From: Promethearchaeota archaeon
Lineage (GTDB): Archaea > Asgardarchaeota > Odinarchaeia > Odinarchaeales > JBHLKK01
Assembly (NCBI GenBank): GCA_048939465.1
Contig: JBHLPL010000009.1
Coordinates: 1-32,000 of the forward strand
DNA: 32,000 nucleotides
Direction: 5' to 3'
How positions within the stretch are numbered: position 1 is the first letter of the stretch; every line of letters starts with the position of its first letter. The notes under the pieces were generated by a model. It had not been told where the DNA came from, made no database searches, and saw only the letters and a list, made by a program, of their open reading frames with translations. A program made the translations under genes and the position numbers. Positions 16,663 to 25,457 of this stretch are shown here, piece by piece.

Positions 16663-17895
16663 TCAATCACAGGGTACGTTCGGAATAAAACCTATGCACC
16701 TCTTAATTCTATAGTCCGCTTCCAGAGACTCCTTAACCTGAGAGTCTGTAATGCTCAAAGCTACGCGTTTAGTCCTACCATAGCGGCCCTTACTAACGAC
16801 CTTAACCCCGATTATACCCAACGTGTCAAGTTCATTTATCAAGTCATTGACGCGTCTCTGAGTCAAAGAGTCCATGTGTAGCATCTGTGAAAGATCCAAG
16901 TACACCTTGAAAATATTCCGAGTTACTATCTCTGAGCATCCGTGCTTCTCGAGCAAGTAAATACTATACAATACAAGTTTCTGCTGAATCGGAAGTGTAG
17001 TTAATGCCTCTAAGATCGTATCGCGATCAATCTCATGCAGGGCACGCCTTACGTAGCTCTCCGTAATCTTTTTAGCCCCCTCTCTCTCACCCAACTCCCC
17101 GGCAACACGAAGGAGATCCAAAGCCCTTCTTGCATCTCCGTGTTCTCTAGCTGCTAGAGCAGAACAAAGGTTGACCACACCGAATTCCAACACACCGTTG
17201 TAGAATCCCATTTCAGCCCTCTGGCTGAGAATATCCTGAAGTTCTAGGGCACTATATGGGGGAAAGACGATCTCTTCCTCGCTAAGGCTACTCAAAACCC
17301 GGGAGTCCAAATAGTCTTTGAATTTAAGGTCATTAGTAATCCCGACGATGCTCACACTCGCTTTCTTAAGCTGAGTATTTATCCTGGTTAAACCATACAA
17401 AATATCCGTACCACTTTTCTTCACCAGGATATCAACTTCATCCAGGACTATTATCATCAGTTGTTTCTTGGAATCGAGGTTCTTTTTGAACCTAGAGAAA
17501 ACAGTATAGGACGACAGACCAGTAGAGGGGATATTCGAGCTAACTTTGTCCGCCAGCTTTGTCAGAGCACGGTAATTAGTATCGACCATGCGACAGTTGA
17601 CATAGGCGTAGATGGGAGCAGGTACCCCCAGTTTAAGGCTCTTATCTGATAGGCGTTCGAGAACATACTTCGTCACAGCGGTTTTACCCGTTCCAGTCTT
17701 ACCATAAACAAAAACATTGGAAGGCGTGCCGTCTTTCAGTGCTGAGGCGAGGATGACTCCGACCCTCGTAATCTGTTCCTCTCTGTGAGGGAGTTCCTTT
17801 GGAACGAAAGTTGGTCGCATCACATCACGATTCTTGAATACTTTGCCAGAAAGGAACTTCTCGAACGTTTCATCTAGACTTTCACCGTACACCAT
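16663..17895 (-). CDS. cdc6: Cdc6/Orc1 replication initiator
   Basis: LPHREEQI, Walker A YGKTGTGKT, Walker B IVLDEVD, GDARRALDLLR, wH tail VSKGRYGRT. ATG at 17895 with SD GGAGG (the ORF track starts at 17976). Confidence 0.96.
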   Translation of the reverse strand: MVYGESLDETFEKFLSGKVFKNRDVMRPTFVPKELPHREEQITRVGVILASALKDGTPSNVFVYGKTGTGKTAVTKYVLERLSDKSLKLGVPAPIYAYVNCRMVDTNYRALTKLADKVSSNIPSTGLSSYTVFSRFKKNLDSKKQLMIIVLDEVDILVKKSGTDILYGLTRINTQLKKASVSIVGITNDLKFKDYLDSRVLSSLSEEEIVFPPYSALELQDILSQRAEMGFYNGVLEFGVVNLCSALAAREHGDARRALDLLRVAGELGEREGAKKITESYVRRALHEIDRDTILEALTTLPIQQKLVLYSIYLLEKHGCSEIVTRNIFKVYLDLSQMLHMDSLTQRRVNDLINELDTLGIIGVKVVSKGRYGRTKRVALSITDSQVKESLEADYRIKRCIGFIPNVPCD

Positions 17896-18444
17896 TAGTA
17901 AAGCCCTCCCAGACCCACCAAAAATGAAGTTGAAACTCTTAGTGTATTTTTCATTTTTAAGCGGTTTGCTTCTCACTCATAACGAAACGACACGACGACG
18001 AACAAACACAATAACGCCGGACATATATGAATTCACACGCGCCAATAACAATTCCACTGTGCTTCAATCCCCTGCCAATCGCCATGTAATTAATAAGCAG
18101 ATTCACACTAGGCGCCAGACCATGTGAACCCCAGTGACGGAGTTGACGATTAAAATGCGGTTTTCGTATGATGGCGCTGAAGAAGGGCAAATTTCATTCT
18201 GAAGGCCGACTAGGTTGCTTTCATTAGAAAAAGACAAAAGATTCGCTCATTAAATTCCAGCAAAACGTTCACACAATGTGTACATGTGAACATCCGATAA
18301 GGCCATAAAGGGGCCATATCCTCAAAAAAGACTTTTTGTCGGAGCTTTGTCGGCCCCCATCGTTCACAGATAAACATAAATAATAAGTTGATAGAGTAGA
18401 TACAGCAATGTTGGCATGACAGCGCCGGATGGGAGAAAGACGCA

Positions 18445-18909
18445 TTGAAAAAATTCAGGGTAAAGATTGAAGTTATGAACCACAACTCGGAAAAGATAAT
18501 AGTAACGATAGAGGGGGACCCGTCAAGGGAAATAAGAGATCTATCAGCACAGGTGCAAAATTACATATTCAAGGCAATTGGCCCCACCCCCGAAGCTAAG
18601 GAAAAGCAAGACCTCGAAGAATACATCGAACTGGACTCCTTATCAAAGAAACAGAAAATCGAACTTCTATTGATAAAGAATTTTAGAAATGGATCATTTA
18701 CATCAAGAGACGTTCAGGAGATGTATCTGCAAACATACAAAGAAGACATAGCAATAAATACTATTTCGACTTATTTAGGCCGACTATATAATGAAACGGT
18801 ACTTTACAGATCTGGCTCAAGAGCCGAACGAAAGTATCGACTGCAGACCGCAATAGCGAAAAGAAAGCTATCGTCACTCATGTCATACGCAAATCTCTCA
18901 AAAGAGTGA
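18445..18909 (+). CDS. Hypothetical protein with a C-terminal winged-helix-like domain
   Basis: FTSRDVQEMY...INTISTYLGRL...LYRSGSRAERKYRL; true start may be the ATG encoding MNHNSE. Confidence 0.7.
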   Translation: MKKFRVKIEVMNHNSEKIIVTIEGDPSREIRDLSAQVQNYIFKAIGPTPEAKEKQDLEEYIELDSLSKKQKIELLLIKNFRNGSFTSRDVQEMYLQTYKEDIAINTISTYLGRLYNETVLYRSGSRAERKYRLQTAIAKRKLSSLMSYANLSKE

Positions 18910-19053
18910 TGAATCATCGTCTACTTTTTTTTGAGGTCGCGCCAATTTAGCTAAGGAAAAGAGAAGGACCCACCGTATTATCAATACTTATATATTCCGC
19001 TTCAGTCTCCATATTATACATACCTTCTCAAGAACCAAGAACTGGCGAGGAAG

Positions 19054-19344
19054 ATGTCCAGACCAAAAGGTAAAGAAACAGATGCTGCTTCGGGGGAGCG
19101 TGTGTATACCTATACGGTTGGCGGGGAGCACAAGGTTACTGCAAACATCAAGGAGTACTTACTCGAGGTTCTAAAGGACCAAGGCCCCATCACAAGAGAG
19201 GAACTCTCGACCCACACTGGCATTCCGAGAACAACGCTTTACGACACTCTCGACAAACTGATCCTTAAGGATAAGGTTTACAAGTTTACACAACCAACAA
19301 AAAAGAGAGGAAGACCCAGAGTTTACTACGAAATCGCGAGATAA
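19054..19344 (+). CDS. Small winged-HTH (TrmB-like) DNA-binding protein
   Basis: GPITREELSTHTGIPRTTLYDTLDKL...KKRGRPRVYY; SD-like GGCGAGG upstream. Confidence 0.8.
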   Translation: MSRPKGKETDAASGERVYTYTVGGEHKVTANIKEYLLEVLKDQGPITREELSTHTGIPRTTLYDTLDKLILKDKVYKFTQPTKKRGRPRVYYEIAR

Positions 19345-19350
19345 CAAAAC

Positions 19351-19698
19351 CTAGGATTTTGACGGTTTCATTTTTTGGTATTTTTGAAGTAAGGACAGCC
19401 ACTCACCCACGTAATCTTTTGCAAAAGCAGTCTGCGACGGGTCGACTTTCTGTATATTCTTCCTGACGTTTTTGAGGAATCTTATGTATGATTTGATATC
19501 AGCTGGCGCCTCCTTCACCAAAATCGTGATCAACGCGCCAGAGGACGAAGACCTCAAAGCGTTCAGCCAGCCAGCCCAGGCAAGTTTCTTCCACATGGAA
19601 ACGCGACCCGGATTATCAAGTACACTAGTCAAAAGCGAGATGGCAGTCTTACGATCTCCCGACTTCAGCGCACTTGCCAATTTCTCAACGAAAGACAC
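19351..19698 (-). CDS. Hypothetical helical protein
   Basis: 115-aa ORF, convergent with the wHTH gene; no family recognised. Confidence 0.55.
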   Translation of the reverse strand: MSFVEKLASALKSGDRKTAISLLTSVLDNPGRVSMWKKLAWAGWLNALRSSSSGALITILVKEAPADIKSYIRFLKNVRKNIQKVDPSQTAFAKDYVGEWLSLLQKYQKMKPSKS

Positions 19699-19779
19699 CA
19701 GATCTCACCCACACGACAAAGCATTCTGAGACTCTCTCATAAAAAAGTAGTGACCAATAATTATTAAGCTTACCCAGCC

Positions 19780-19971
19780 ACCCCATGATTTCCGGTGGAA
19801 GAAGTAAAAAACAACGACAAGTAATAATAATAATAAATAAAAAATATCCCGCTTCGTATTGGGCGTTCTTATATTTATAGGTTGTAGTGAATGAATCTTA
19901 AGCTAAGGCTCAAAATTATCTGAGTTGCGTATCCTCTTGGAATAAAATTCTTCCACAGGAAACGAAGGGGT
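19780..19971. promoter_or_regulatory. Candidate replication origin (oriC): inverted ORB pair flanking an AT-rich spacer
   Basis: TTCCACCGGAAATCATGGGGT (minus, 19780-19800) and TTCCACAGGAAACGAAGGGGT (plus, 19951-19971) match ORB plus G-string. Between them lie AT-rich runs such as AAGTAATAATAATAAATAAAAAATAT. cdc6 is about 1.9 kb away. Confidence 0.8.
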
Positions 19972-19978
19972 GTCCATC

Positions 19979-20002
19979 TTATTAGAACATATGTTCTAAT
20001 AA
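19979..20002. repeat. 24-bp perfect palindrome, copy 1 (TTATTAGAACATATGTTCTAATAA)
   Basis: Self-complementary and identical to 20299-20322; 7 nt from the right-hand ORB. Confidence 0.95.
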
Positions 20003-20014
20003 ATAAATCAAGAG

Positions 20015-20293
20015 TCAGTCAATTACTCGGAATTTGTGTACGACGATTACATCCGAGTACTTGTCAAAAAACCCATCAAACTCTACTTCGTAATCATCTG
20101 ACACAAGTATAACACTGTCTGCAACTTTCCTACCATTCCTCATAACCAAAAATCCAAGTTTCTGGTTTTGCTTCAATCCAACCTTCGTGTCCCATTTGTA
20201 TCTATACCCGTAGAGCTCCTTATTGAATCTAGTTCTTTTCGGATCGTCCTGTTTCCCAGAAATGACGTCATAAGTGTACAATATTCTTGGCAT
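20015..20293 (-). CDS. 92-aa protein with a Cas2/VapD-like (ferredoxin-fold) signature
   Basis: MPRILYTYDV...KRTRFNKELYGY...GFL...GRKVADSVILV...: hydrophobic beta1 ending in YD, a helix, then an SV-hydrophobic strand. Fold assignment is inference. Confidence 0.65.
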   Translation of the reverse strand: MPRILYTYDVISGKQDDPKRTRFNKELYGYRYKWDTKVGLKQNQKLGFLVMRNGRKVADSVILVSDDYEVEFDGFFDKYSDVIVVHKFRVID

Positions 20294-20295
20294 GA

Positions 20296-20325
20296 TTTTT
20301 ATTAGAACATATGTTCTAATAAAAA
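20296..20325. repeat. Palindrome copy 2 (30-bp perfect, same 24-bp core)
   Basis: TTTTTATTAGAACATATGTTCTAATAAAAA ends 2 nt upstream of the ATG of the small minus-strand gene. Confidence 0.95.
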
Positions 20326-20438
20326 ACTTTCGCAATTTTGACCGTAAAGATAAAAAGCCGTTCAGGACAAACGTGAATCCAAAAGCGTTGAGCGCCACTC
20401 AGAATCAGAGCAGTACTAATTGCAGATGGGAAAGCCTC

Positions 20439-22418
20439 ATGCCAAAAACTTTTCTAGGTCCCCTACTCCTAAACTGGTGCGAAAAGTGTAACCTCCCTAT
20501 TTTGGAAGCCAAAGTATGTGGTGTGTGCGGGACCTCAACGTTTAAGGTTAGAATTAGCCCGCCGGGAGACGTAAGGCCCGCCCTGAAAGAGGATCTGCGC
20601 CGTTTAAGAGAAGTTATCGATGGAAAATACGGAAGGAATGTTGGAAAAAAAGTAATCCCTAATGACAAAATCCTCTTGCTGAATAAAGTCTCTGCGTTGG
20701 AGAAGAACGACGAAGTCGTAGTTGATGGGCAGGTTATCGGTAACCTCGTCTTTGACCCTGTGAAAATGGACTGGGACTTCTCGCCCAAGTTGGTCGGGGG
20801 CCGGAGAATCTTCCATTGTGGAGGGAAAAAATGGATCAGGGTAGATGTAGGCGCGGTCAATCCGATAATAAATGGCGCAAACGTACTCGCCCCTGGCGTT
20901 ATTGATTTTGACCCGGATATAGCAGAAGATGATTATGTGATCGTGCTATCCGAAGACTTCAAAGTTATAGCAGTAGGTAGAGCAAAGGTTGATAGCGCCG
21001 CGATTCCCGGTCTCAGAAGGGGTATGGTTATAAAATCAAAGGGATGTGGCCCCCCAGACGATCTCAAAATTCTGCCCGGGGGTCAACACTGGAGCGATGT
21101 TGCAAAAGCAAATGAAGCGGTGATCGAAAGAAGGGTGAGAACTGCGAAACGCTTCATTAATTCGACTGTAGAAGAATTCAAGTTGCCCGTCGCAGTTGCG
21201 TACAGTGGTGGTAAGGACAGTCTATGCACTCTTTTACTGGTTTCTGAAACAATAGAGTCAAACTTCACCGTCTTTTTTGTAGACACAGGTATAGAGTTTC
21301 CCGAGACAGTTGAATACGTTTATGATTCAGTCCGAGAACTAGGTCTGACCGATCGTTTTGTATACAAACGGTCGAGAAAGTCGTTTTGGAAAGAGTTACA
21401 TCGCTTCGGCCCACCTGCTAGAGATTATCGATTCTGTTGTAAGATACTTAAACTATCCAGTGTTGCTGAGCTAGTTCAAAATGAATTTAATGGAAAAGTA
21501 TTGACGTTTGTTGGACAAAGAAGGTATGAGTCAATAACGAGGTCACGGGAGAGGAGAATATGGACCAATTCATATATCCCCAATCAGATCAATGCAACTC
21601 CCATTAAGAACTGGACAAGTCTGCATGTTTGGTTATATCTCTATGCTAAGAAGGTCGCTATAAACCCCCTTTATTTTAGAGGTTATGAGCGAATTGGTTG
21701 CATATATTGCCCAGCAGCTAAACTATCTGATATTGAAAATCTGAGAGAAGTACATCCAAATCTGTTTAACAAATGGATGGATTTTCTAATTGCGTGGGGT
21801 CACCGATACGGGTTTCCTGACGAATGGGCGACTCGCGGTTTCTGGAGATGGAAAAAACTGAGCGGTGAAAGAATCCGCATGGCCAAGGAGATCGGAATCA
21901 ACCTGCGGCCCATTCGCCCCCGACTAAGCGATAATATTTCTCTTGATCTTGCTCACGGTTTTAGTCCTTGTTCAGACGGAACCTACTCAATTGAAGGCCG
22001 TTTCACCTGCACTGTCAACCTAGAAAAGGTGGCAAATAGGCTTGTGATCTTTGGAGACGTTAACTACAGCCGCACCTTGGGTGCTGTTAGCGTCTCGAGA
22101 AATGGTGTTTCTGCCAATATCTTTGCCGATGGCAGTCTAAAAATCCGATTAGCAGATATGGGTGGAAAGAATTTCAAAAAGGCAGCTCAGGAAATCCTCA
22201 AATTGCTAACACAGAGCGTAATGTGCTCTGGCTGCGGAATATGTGCTCAGCAATGTCTCAACGATTCAATAGAGTTTGTGGATGGATTTCCATGGATAGA
22301 CGAGCGGAAGTGCAATCGCTGCAAAAGCTGTCTCGAGCTTTGTCCTGTCCTGCGCTACGGGCTCACGGAACGTGTAGCAAAATCACCCGCCGGTAAAATA
22401 AGCAGTCTTAACCTCTGA
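20439..22418 (+). CDS. PAPS-reductase-domain protein with N-terminal Zn ribbon, PUA domain and C-terminal 4Fe-4S dicluster
   Basis: WCEKC..CGVCG, PUA GANVLAPGVID, PP-loop AYSGGKDS, CCKILK, GQRRYES, RIGCIYCP, CSGCGICAQQC...CNRCKSCLELCP. ATG at 20439. Confidence 0.9.
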   Translation: MPKTFLGPLLLNWCEKCNLPILEAKVCGVCGTSTFKVRISPPGDVRPALKEDLRRLREVIDGKYGRNVGKKVIPNDKILLLNKVSALEKNDEVVVDGQVIGNLVFDPVKMDWDFSPKLVGGRRIFHCGGKKWIRVDVGAVNPIINGANVLAPGVIDFDPDIAEDDYVIVLSEDFKVIAVGRAKVDSAAIPGLRRGMVIKSKGCGPPDDLKILPGGQHWSDVAKANEAVIERRVRTAKRFINSTVEEFKLPVAVAYSGGKDSLCTLLLVSETIESNFTVFFVDTGIEFPETVEYVYDSVRELGLTDRFVYKRSRKSFWKELHRFGPPARDYRFCCKILKLSSVAELVQNEFNGKVLTFVGQRRYESITRSRERRIWTNSYIPNQINATPIKNWTSLHVWLYLYAKKVAINPLYFRGYERIGCIYCPAAKLSDIENLREVHPNLFNKWMDFLIAWGHRYGFPDEWATRGFWRWKKLSGERIRMAKEIGINLRPIRPRLSDNISLDLAHGFSPCSDGTYSIEGRFTCTVNLEKVANRLVIFGDVNYSRTLGAVSVSRNGVSANIFADGSLKIRLADMGGKNFKKAAQEILKLLTQSVMCSGCGICAQQCLNDSIEFVDGFPWIDERKCNRCKSCLELCPVLRYGLTERVAKSPAGKISSLNL

Positions 22419-22456
22419 AAAAAGCTGTAGAAATATATGAAAGAAATAGCTACTAA

Positions 22457-23746
22457 TTGACGAGGTGCAATAATTTGGCAAAAAAATGGTGGGGCTTCAT
22501 AAAAGACCCTGTATTTGGGTATGTTCACATCAACGATATTGAGAGAAAAGTCATTGATTCTCTGCCTGTTCAGAGGCTTAGAAGAATAAAACAGCTTGCA
22601 GGAACCGACTACGTTTATCCTGGTGCAAACCATACTCGTTTTGAACACGCTGTAGGCTCGATGTTTCTGGCTGGCCGGCTTGCGGACAACCTCTCTTCAT
22701 TGCTACGTCCACAGGATGTGCAAGAGATCAGACTCGCCAGTCTGCTTCATGATGTGGGGCATGGTCCTTTCTCCCACGTTTTTGAGCCCCTATTGATAAA
22801 ATACATGAATAAAACCCACGAAGATATGACCACCTGGCTTATTCAGGTCTCGGAACTGGGGGATCTACTAAAAGAATTAGGATTTGACATAAAAAAGCTG
22901 GGAAGGCTGGCTGTGGGGAAATTAAACGATGTCAAAAGACCATTTCTGGATCAATTCCTACGCAGCGCCGTTGATGTTGATAAAATGGATTTCCTTGTCC
23001 GAGACTCTTATCATACTGGAGCCGAATACTCTGTTGATGTTTTTCGTTTGATCTATACTCTTGATGTTTTTGATGGAAATCTAAGCGTAAATCTAACAGC
23101 GCTTCATACGCTGGAAGCCTTCATTATCGCGCGTGTTGAGTCCTTCAAAAGCATTTATTTTCATAAGACGGCCCGCGCGGTTCAATTGATGATGGTTCAG
23201 GCATTGGAAGCTGCGAAAGACGAATGTGGCTTGATAGCAATCAAAAACCCTGTGGACTATCTCAATCTCGATGACTATACGACATGGACCGCCCTTAAGA
23301 ATTGTAGCGCATCGAACCCCATCATTTCGGCCTTGGAAAAACGAAAATTGCTGAAGAGTGTGTATGAGCAGATCTTTTACACGCAAGAAGAATTCATTTC
23401 TAACGTTTTTGTTAATGAAACCGTAAGGCAAGAGATCGAAAGTGAGATATCCAGAAAAGCAGGAGTTGCGGTCGAAGATGTTTTCATCGATGTACCTCTG
23501 GTGGCCTCCGTTCCCTATAGACATTCAATCCAACTTGAACCTATGGAAATCCCCATCTTCATGGAAACCAAGACCGGAAAAAAGATATCAAGACGTCTTA
23601 ACGATATTTCCAAAATCATAAGTCTTATGAAAGGATTCATGAACATACTCAGAGTTTACACCAAAGAAGAACATCGAGACAAAGTCGCCAAAGCTGCATT
23701 GGAAACGCTAGGTGAGCCCCCCCACTCTGCGAAGATATCTTTATAG
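22457..23746 (+). CDS. HD-domain phosphohydrolase (SAMHD1/dNTPase-like)
   Basis: IKDPVFG, QRLRRIKQL, YPGANHTRFEHAVG, LLHDVGHGPFSH, DVDKMDFLVRDSYHTG, YFHKT. Confidence 0.92.
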   Translation: MTRCNNLAKKWWGFIKDPVFGYVHINDIERKVIDSLPVQRLRRIKQLAGTDYVYPGANHTRFEHAVGSMFLAGRLADNLSSLLRPQDVQEIRLASLLHDVGHGPFSHVFEPLLIKYMNKTHEDMTTWLIQVSELGDLLKELGFDIKKLGRLAVGKLNDVKRPFLDQFLRSAVDVDKMDFLVRDSYHTGAEYSVDVFRLIYTLDVFDGNLSVNLTALHTLEAFIIARVESFKSIYFHKTARAVQLMMVQALEAAKDECGLIAIKNPVDYLNLDDYTTWTALKNCSASNPIISALEKRKLLKSVYEQIFYTQEEFISNVFVNETVRQEIESEISRKAGVAVEDVFIDVPLVASVPYRHSIQLEPMEIPIFMETKTGKKISRRLNDISKIISLMKGFMNILRVYTKEEHRDKVAKAALETLGEPPHSAKISL

Positions 23747-23752
23747 CAAATC

Positions 23753-24172
23753 TCAGTCATGTTTTTCTTTGATAATCACTGTTCCTTTCTCACCATCAAC
23801 ATATACCAGGTCGTCATTTTCGATATTCTTTACGGGGTCTCTGTTCAACATATCAACGAGGGGGATTCCCGCCAATATACAGCCTGCAGCGATAATTCCC
23901 TCCGTTTCTGTGTTAATCATTGCCAGCGGGGCTGTTCTTTTTTTGCTCATCTGATATATTGTGTATGCTCCAACGGTACTGCCCTTCCCGGACGGGAACA
24001 CCAGAATTCTGCCCTTCACACATTTTCCCTCTAGCTCATGATTCTTCTCAATAACGATTCCTGTACTTGGATCGACTCCGCCGTAAAATGAAATGGACTC
24101 TCTAGATACCAAAGCCCTTCCTTCTGTGGCTCCTTCAGATATCCCCCTGCCCCTTAAGACCTTTTCATTCAT
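23753..24172 (-). CDS. Aconitase X small (swivel) subunit / phosphomevalonate dehydratase small subunit (DUF126)
   Basis: LRGRGISEG..EG.ALVS...ISFYGGVDP.TG, FPSGKGSTVG, IIAAGCILAGIP. ATG at 24172. Confidence 0.92.
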   Translation of the reverse strand: MNEKVLRGRGISEGATEGRALVSRESISFYGGVDPSTGIVIEKNHELEGKCVKGRILVFPSGKGSTVGAYTIYQMSKKRTAPLAMINTETEGIIAAGCILAGIPLVDMLNRDPVKNIENDDLVYVDGEKGTVIIKEKHD

Positions 24173-24246
24173 CGAATCACCCCAAGCAAGTCCACCTACT
24201 GCCGTTGAGATATTCGGTAACCTTCTTGGATGTCTATCTTCTGCCC

Positions 24247-25446
24247 CTATGTTAATAATGATAGACATTCATCCAGAGATCCAAGCAAGACCGGTATTTT
24301 GCATGTTGATGGTACGTAATGCGCAGCTTTGCTCGAATTTGTGGCCAACCCATTGAACCCCATTCTTTCAAGAGGTGCAACAACCATACATGTATCCGCA
24401 ACAACAAGCCCTCCTGCCCTCTCAATCCTCCTTGCGTGACCAGTGCGTTCGGCAAGTGACTTAATTGAGGCAGACGTGCATATCCACAGTGTTTTGTCCC
24501 CCCTAATCTTTTTTCCCGATAGGGTTTCCGCAATATATTTAATCTCGTTCAAATTGCAGTGTGGGCATCCTATAGTAACGATATCCACATCCTCCCTCTT
24601 TGCTGTGGACAGCTTGTCAACGACATTTCTTATGTCGTTTTTCTCAATTTCTATCTTTTCCAGCTTTCTACATTCGCCTTCTCTAGGAGCCTCTGGTGTG
24701 ATACCTTTGATGTGATACATCGCTATTGCTCCAGATGCCGCTCCCCCCGCACCGAGCGCTTTCAACTCCTCTACTGAAGGTGAAGCGAGCCCACTGATAA
24801 CAGGAATTGCGTTTCTTAGCACTTTACCCATATGGTATCCTAGGCAACTATGCTCCAAAACACCTCTCAGCTCTGTCTTCACTTCGACGAGGTGAGTTCC
24901 ACGTCGATTTTCAGGATGATGATACCCAAATAGCGGGGTTCTAGCCGTCAGTGAGGCAGCAAGAGATGTAGGCCCACTTTCACGGTTTGTCTTTGCGCCG
25001 ATAATTGAGTTTGCAAAAGAAACTGCAGATGATTCTGCCCAGGCGACATGTTCTCCAAATAGGGGCATATTTCCAGAAATGTAAGGAGTACAACTGCACA
25101 GGGGAACTGCACCGAGTCGCTGAAGAGTCCGGACTATTCTCCATTGCTTCTTGGCGAAATCATTAGGGATACCCATTGCTTTCCATCGATTCAGATCCAT
25201 ACCTGCTGGATTCAATGTTGCAAGTGTTCTTATTGATCCACCCGCTGTCAACATATCTTCAATAAACTCTAATCCTGCATCGCCAATGTTCTTAAACGAG
25301 ATTCCGGATATTTGACTGCTCCGTATCTTGATTAGCTTTTCTGCACCAAACACTTCCCCAAGCTTAACCAGCAGCTTCATAGCTCTCTGGATTGCAGAAC
25401 CTTCTTCTCCCTCGATCATTCGTTCTTCTTCTTTGGTCAGGAACAA
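24247..25446 (-). CDS. Aconitase X catalytic subunit / phosphomevalonate dehydratase large subunit (DUF521)
   Basis: MFLTKEEE, TLNPAG, CSCTPY, AWAESSA, GAKTNRE, IGCPHC, DTCMVV, TNSSKAAHY. Confidence 0.94.
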   Translation of the reverse strand: MFLTKEEERMIEGEEGSAIQRAMKLLVKLGEVFGAEKLIKIRSSQISGISFKNIGDAGLEFIEDMLTAGGSIRTLATLNPAGMDLNRWKAMGIPNDFAKKQWRIVRTLQRLGAVPLCSCTPYISGNMPLFGEHVAWAESSAVSFANSIIGAKTNRESGPTSLAASLTARTPLFGYHHPENRRGTHLVEVKTELRGVLEHSCLGYHMGKVLRNAIPVISGLASPSVEELKALGAGGAASGAIAMYHIKGITPEAPREGECRKLEKIEIEKNDIRNVVDKLSTAKREDVDIVTIGCPHCNLNEIKYIAETLSGKKIRGDKTLWICTSASIKSLAERTGHARRIERAGGLVVADTCMVVAPLERMGFNGLATNSSKAAHYVPSTCKIPVLLGSLDECLSLLT

Positions 25447-25457
25447 AATTCACTCCT

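Noticed and set aside
18050-18065. TTCCACTGTG upstream of cdc6 as a possible mini-ORB
   Set aside because: It lacks the GGAAA half and the G-string; too short to support.
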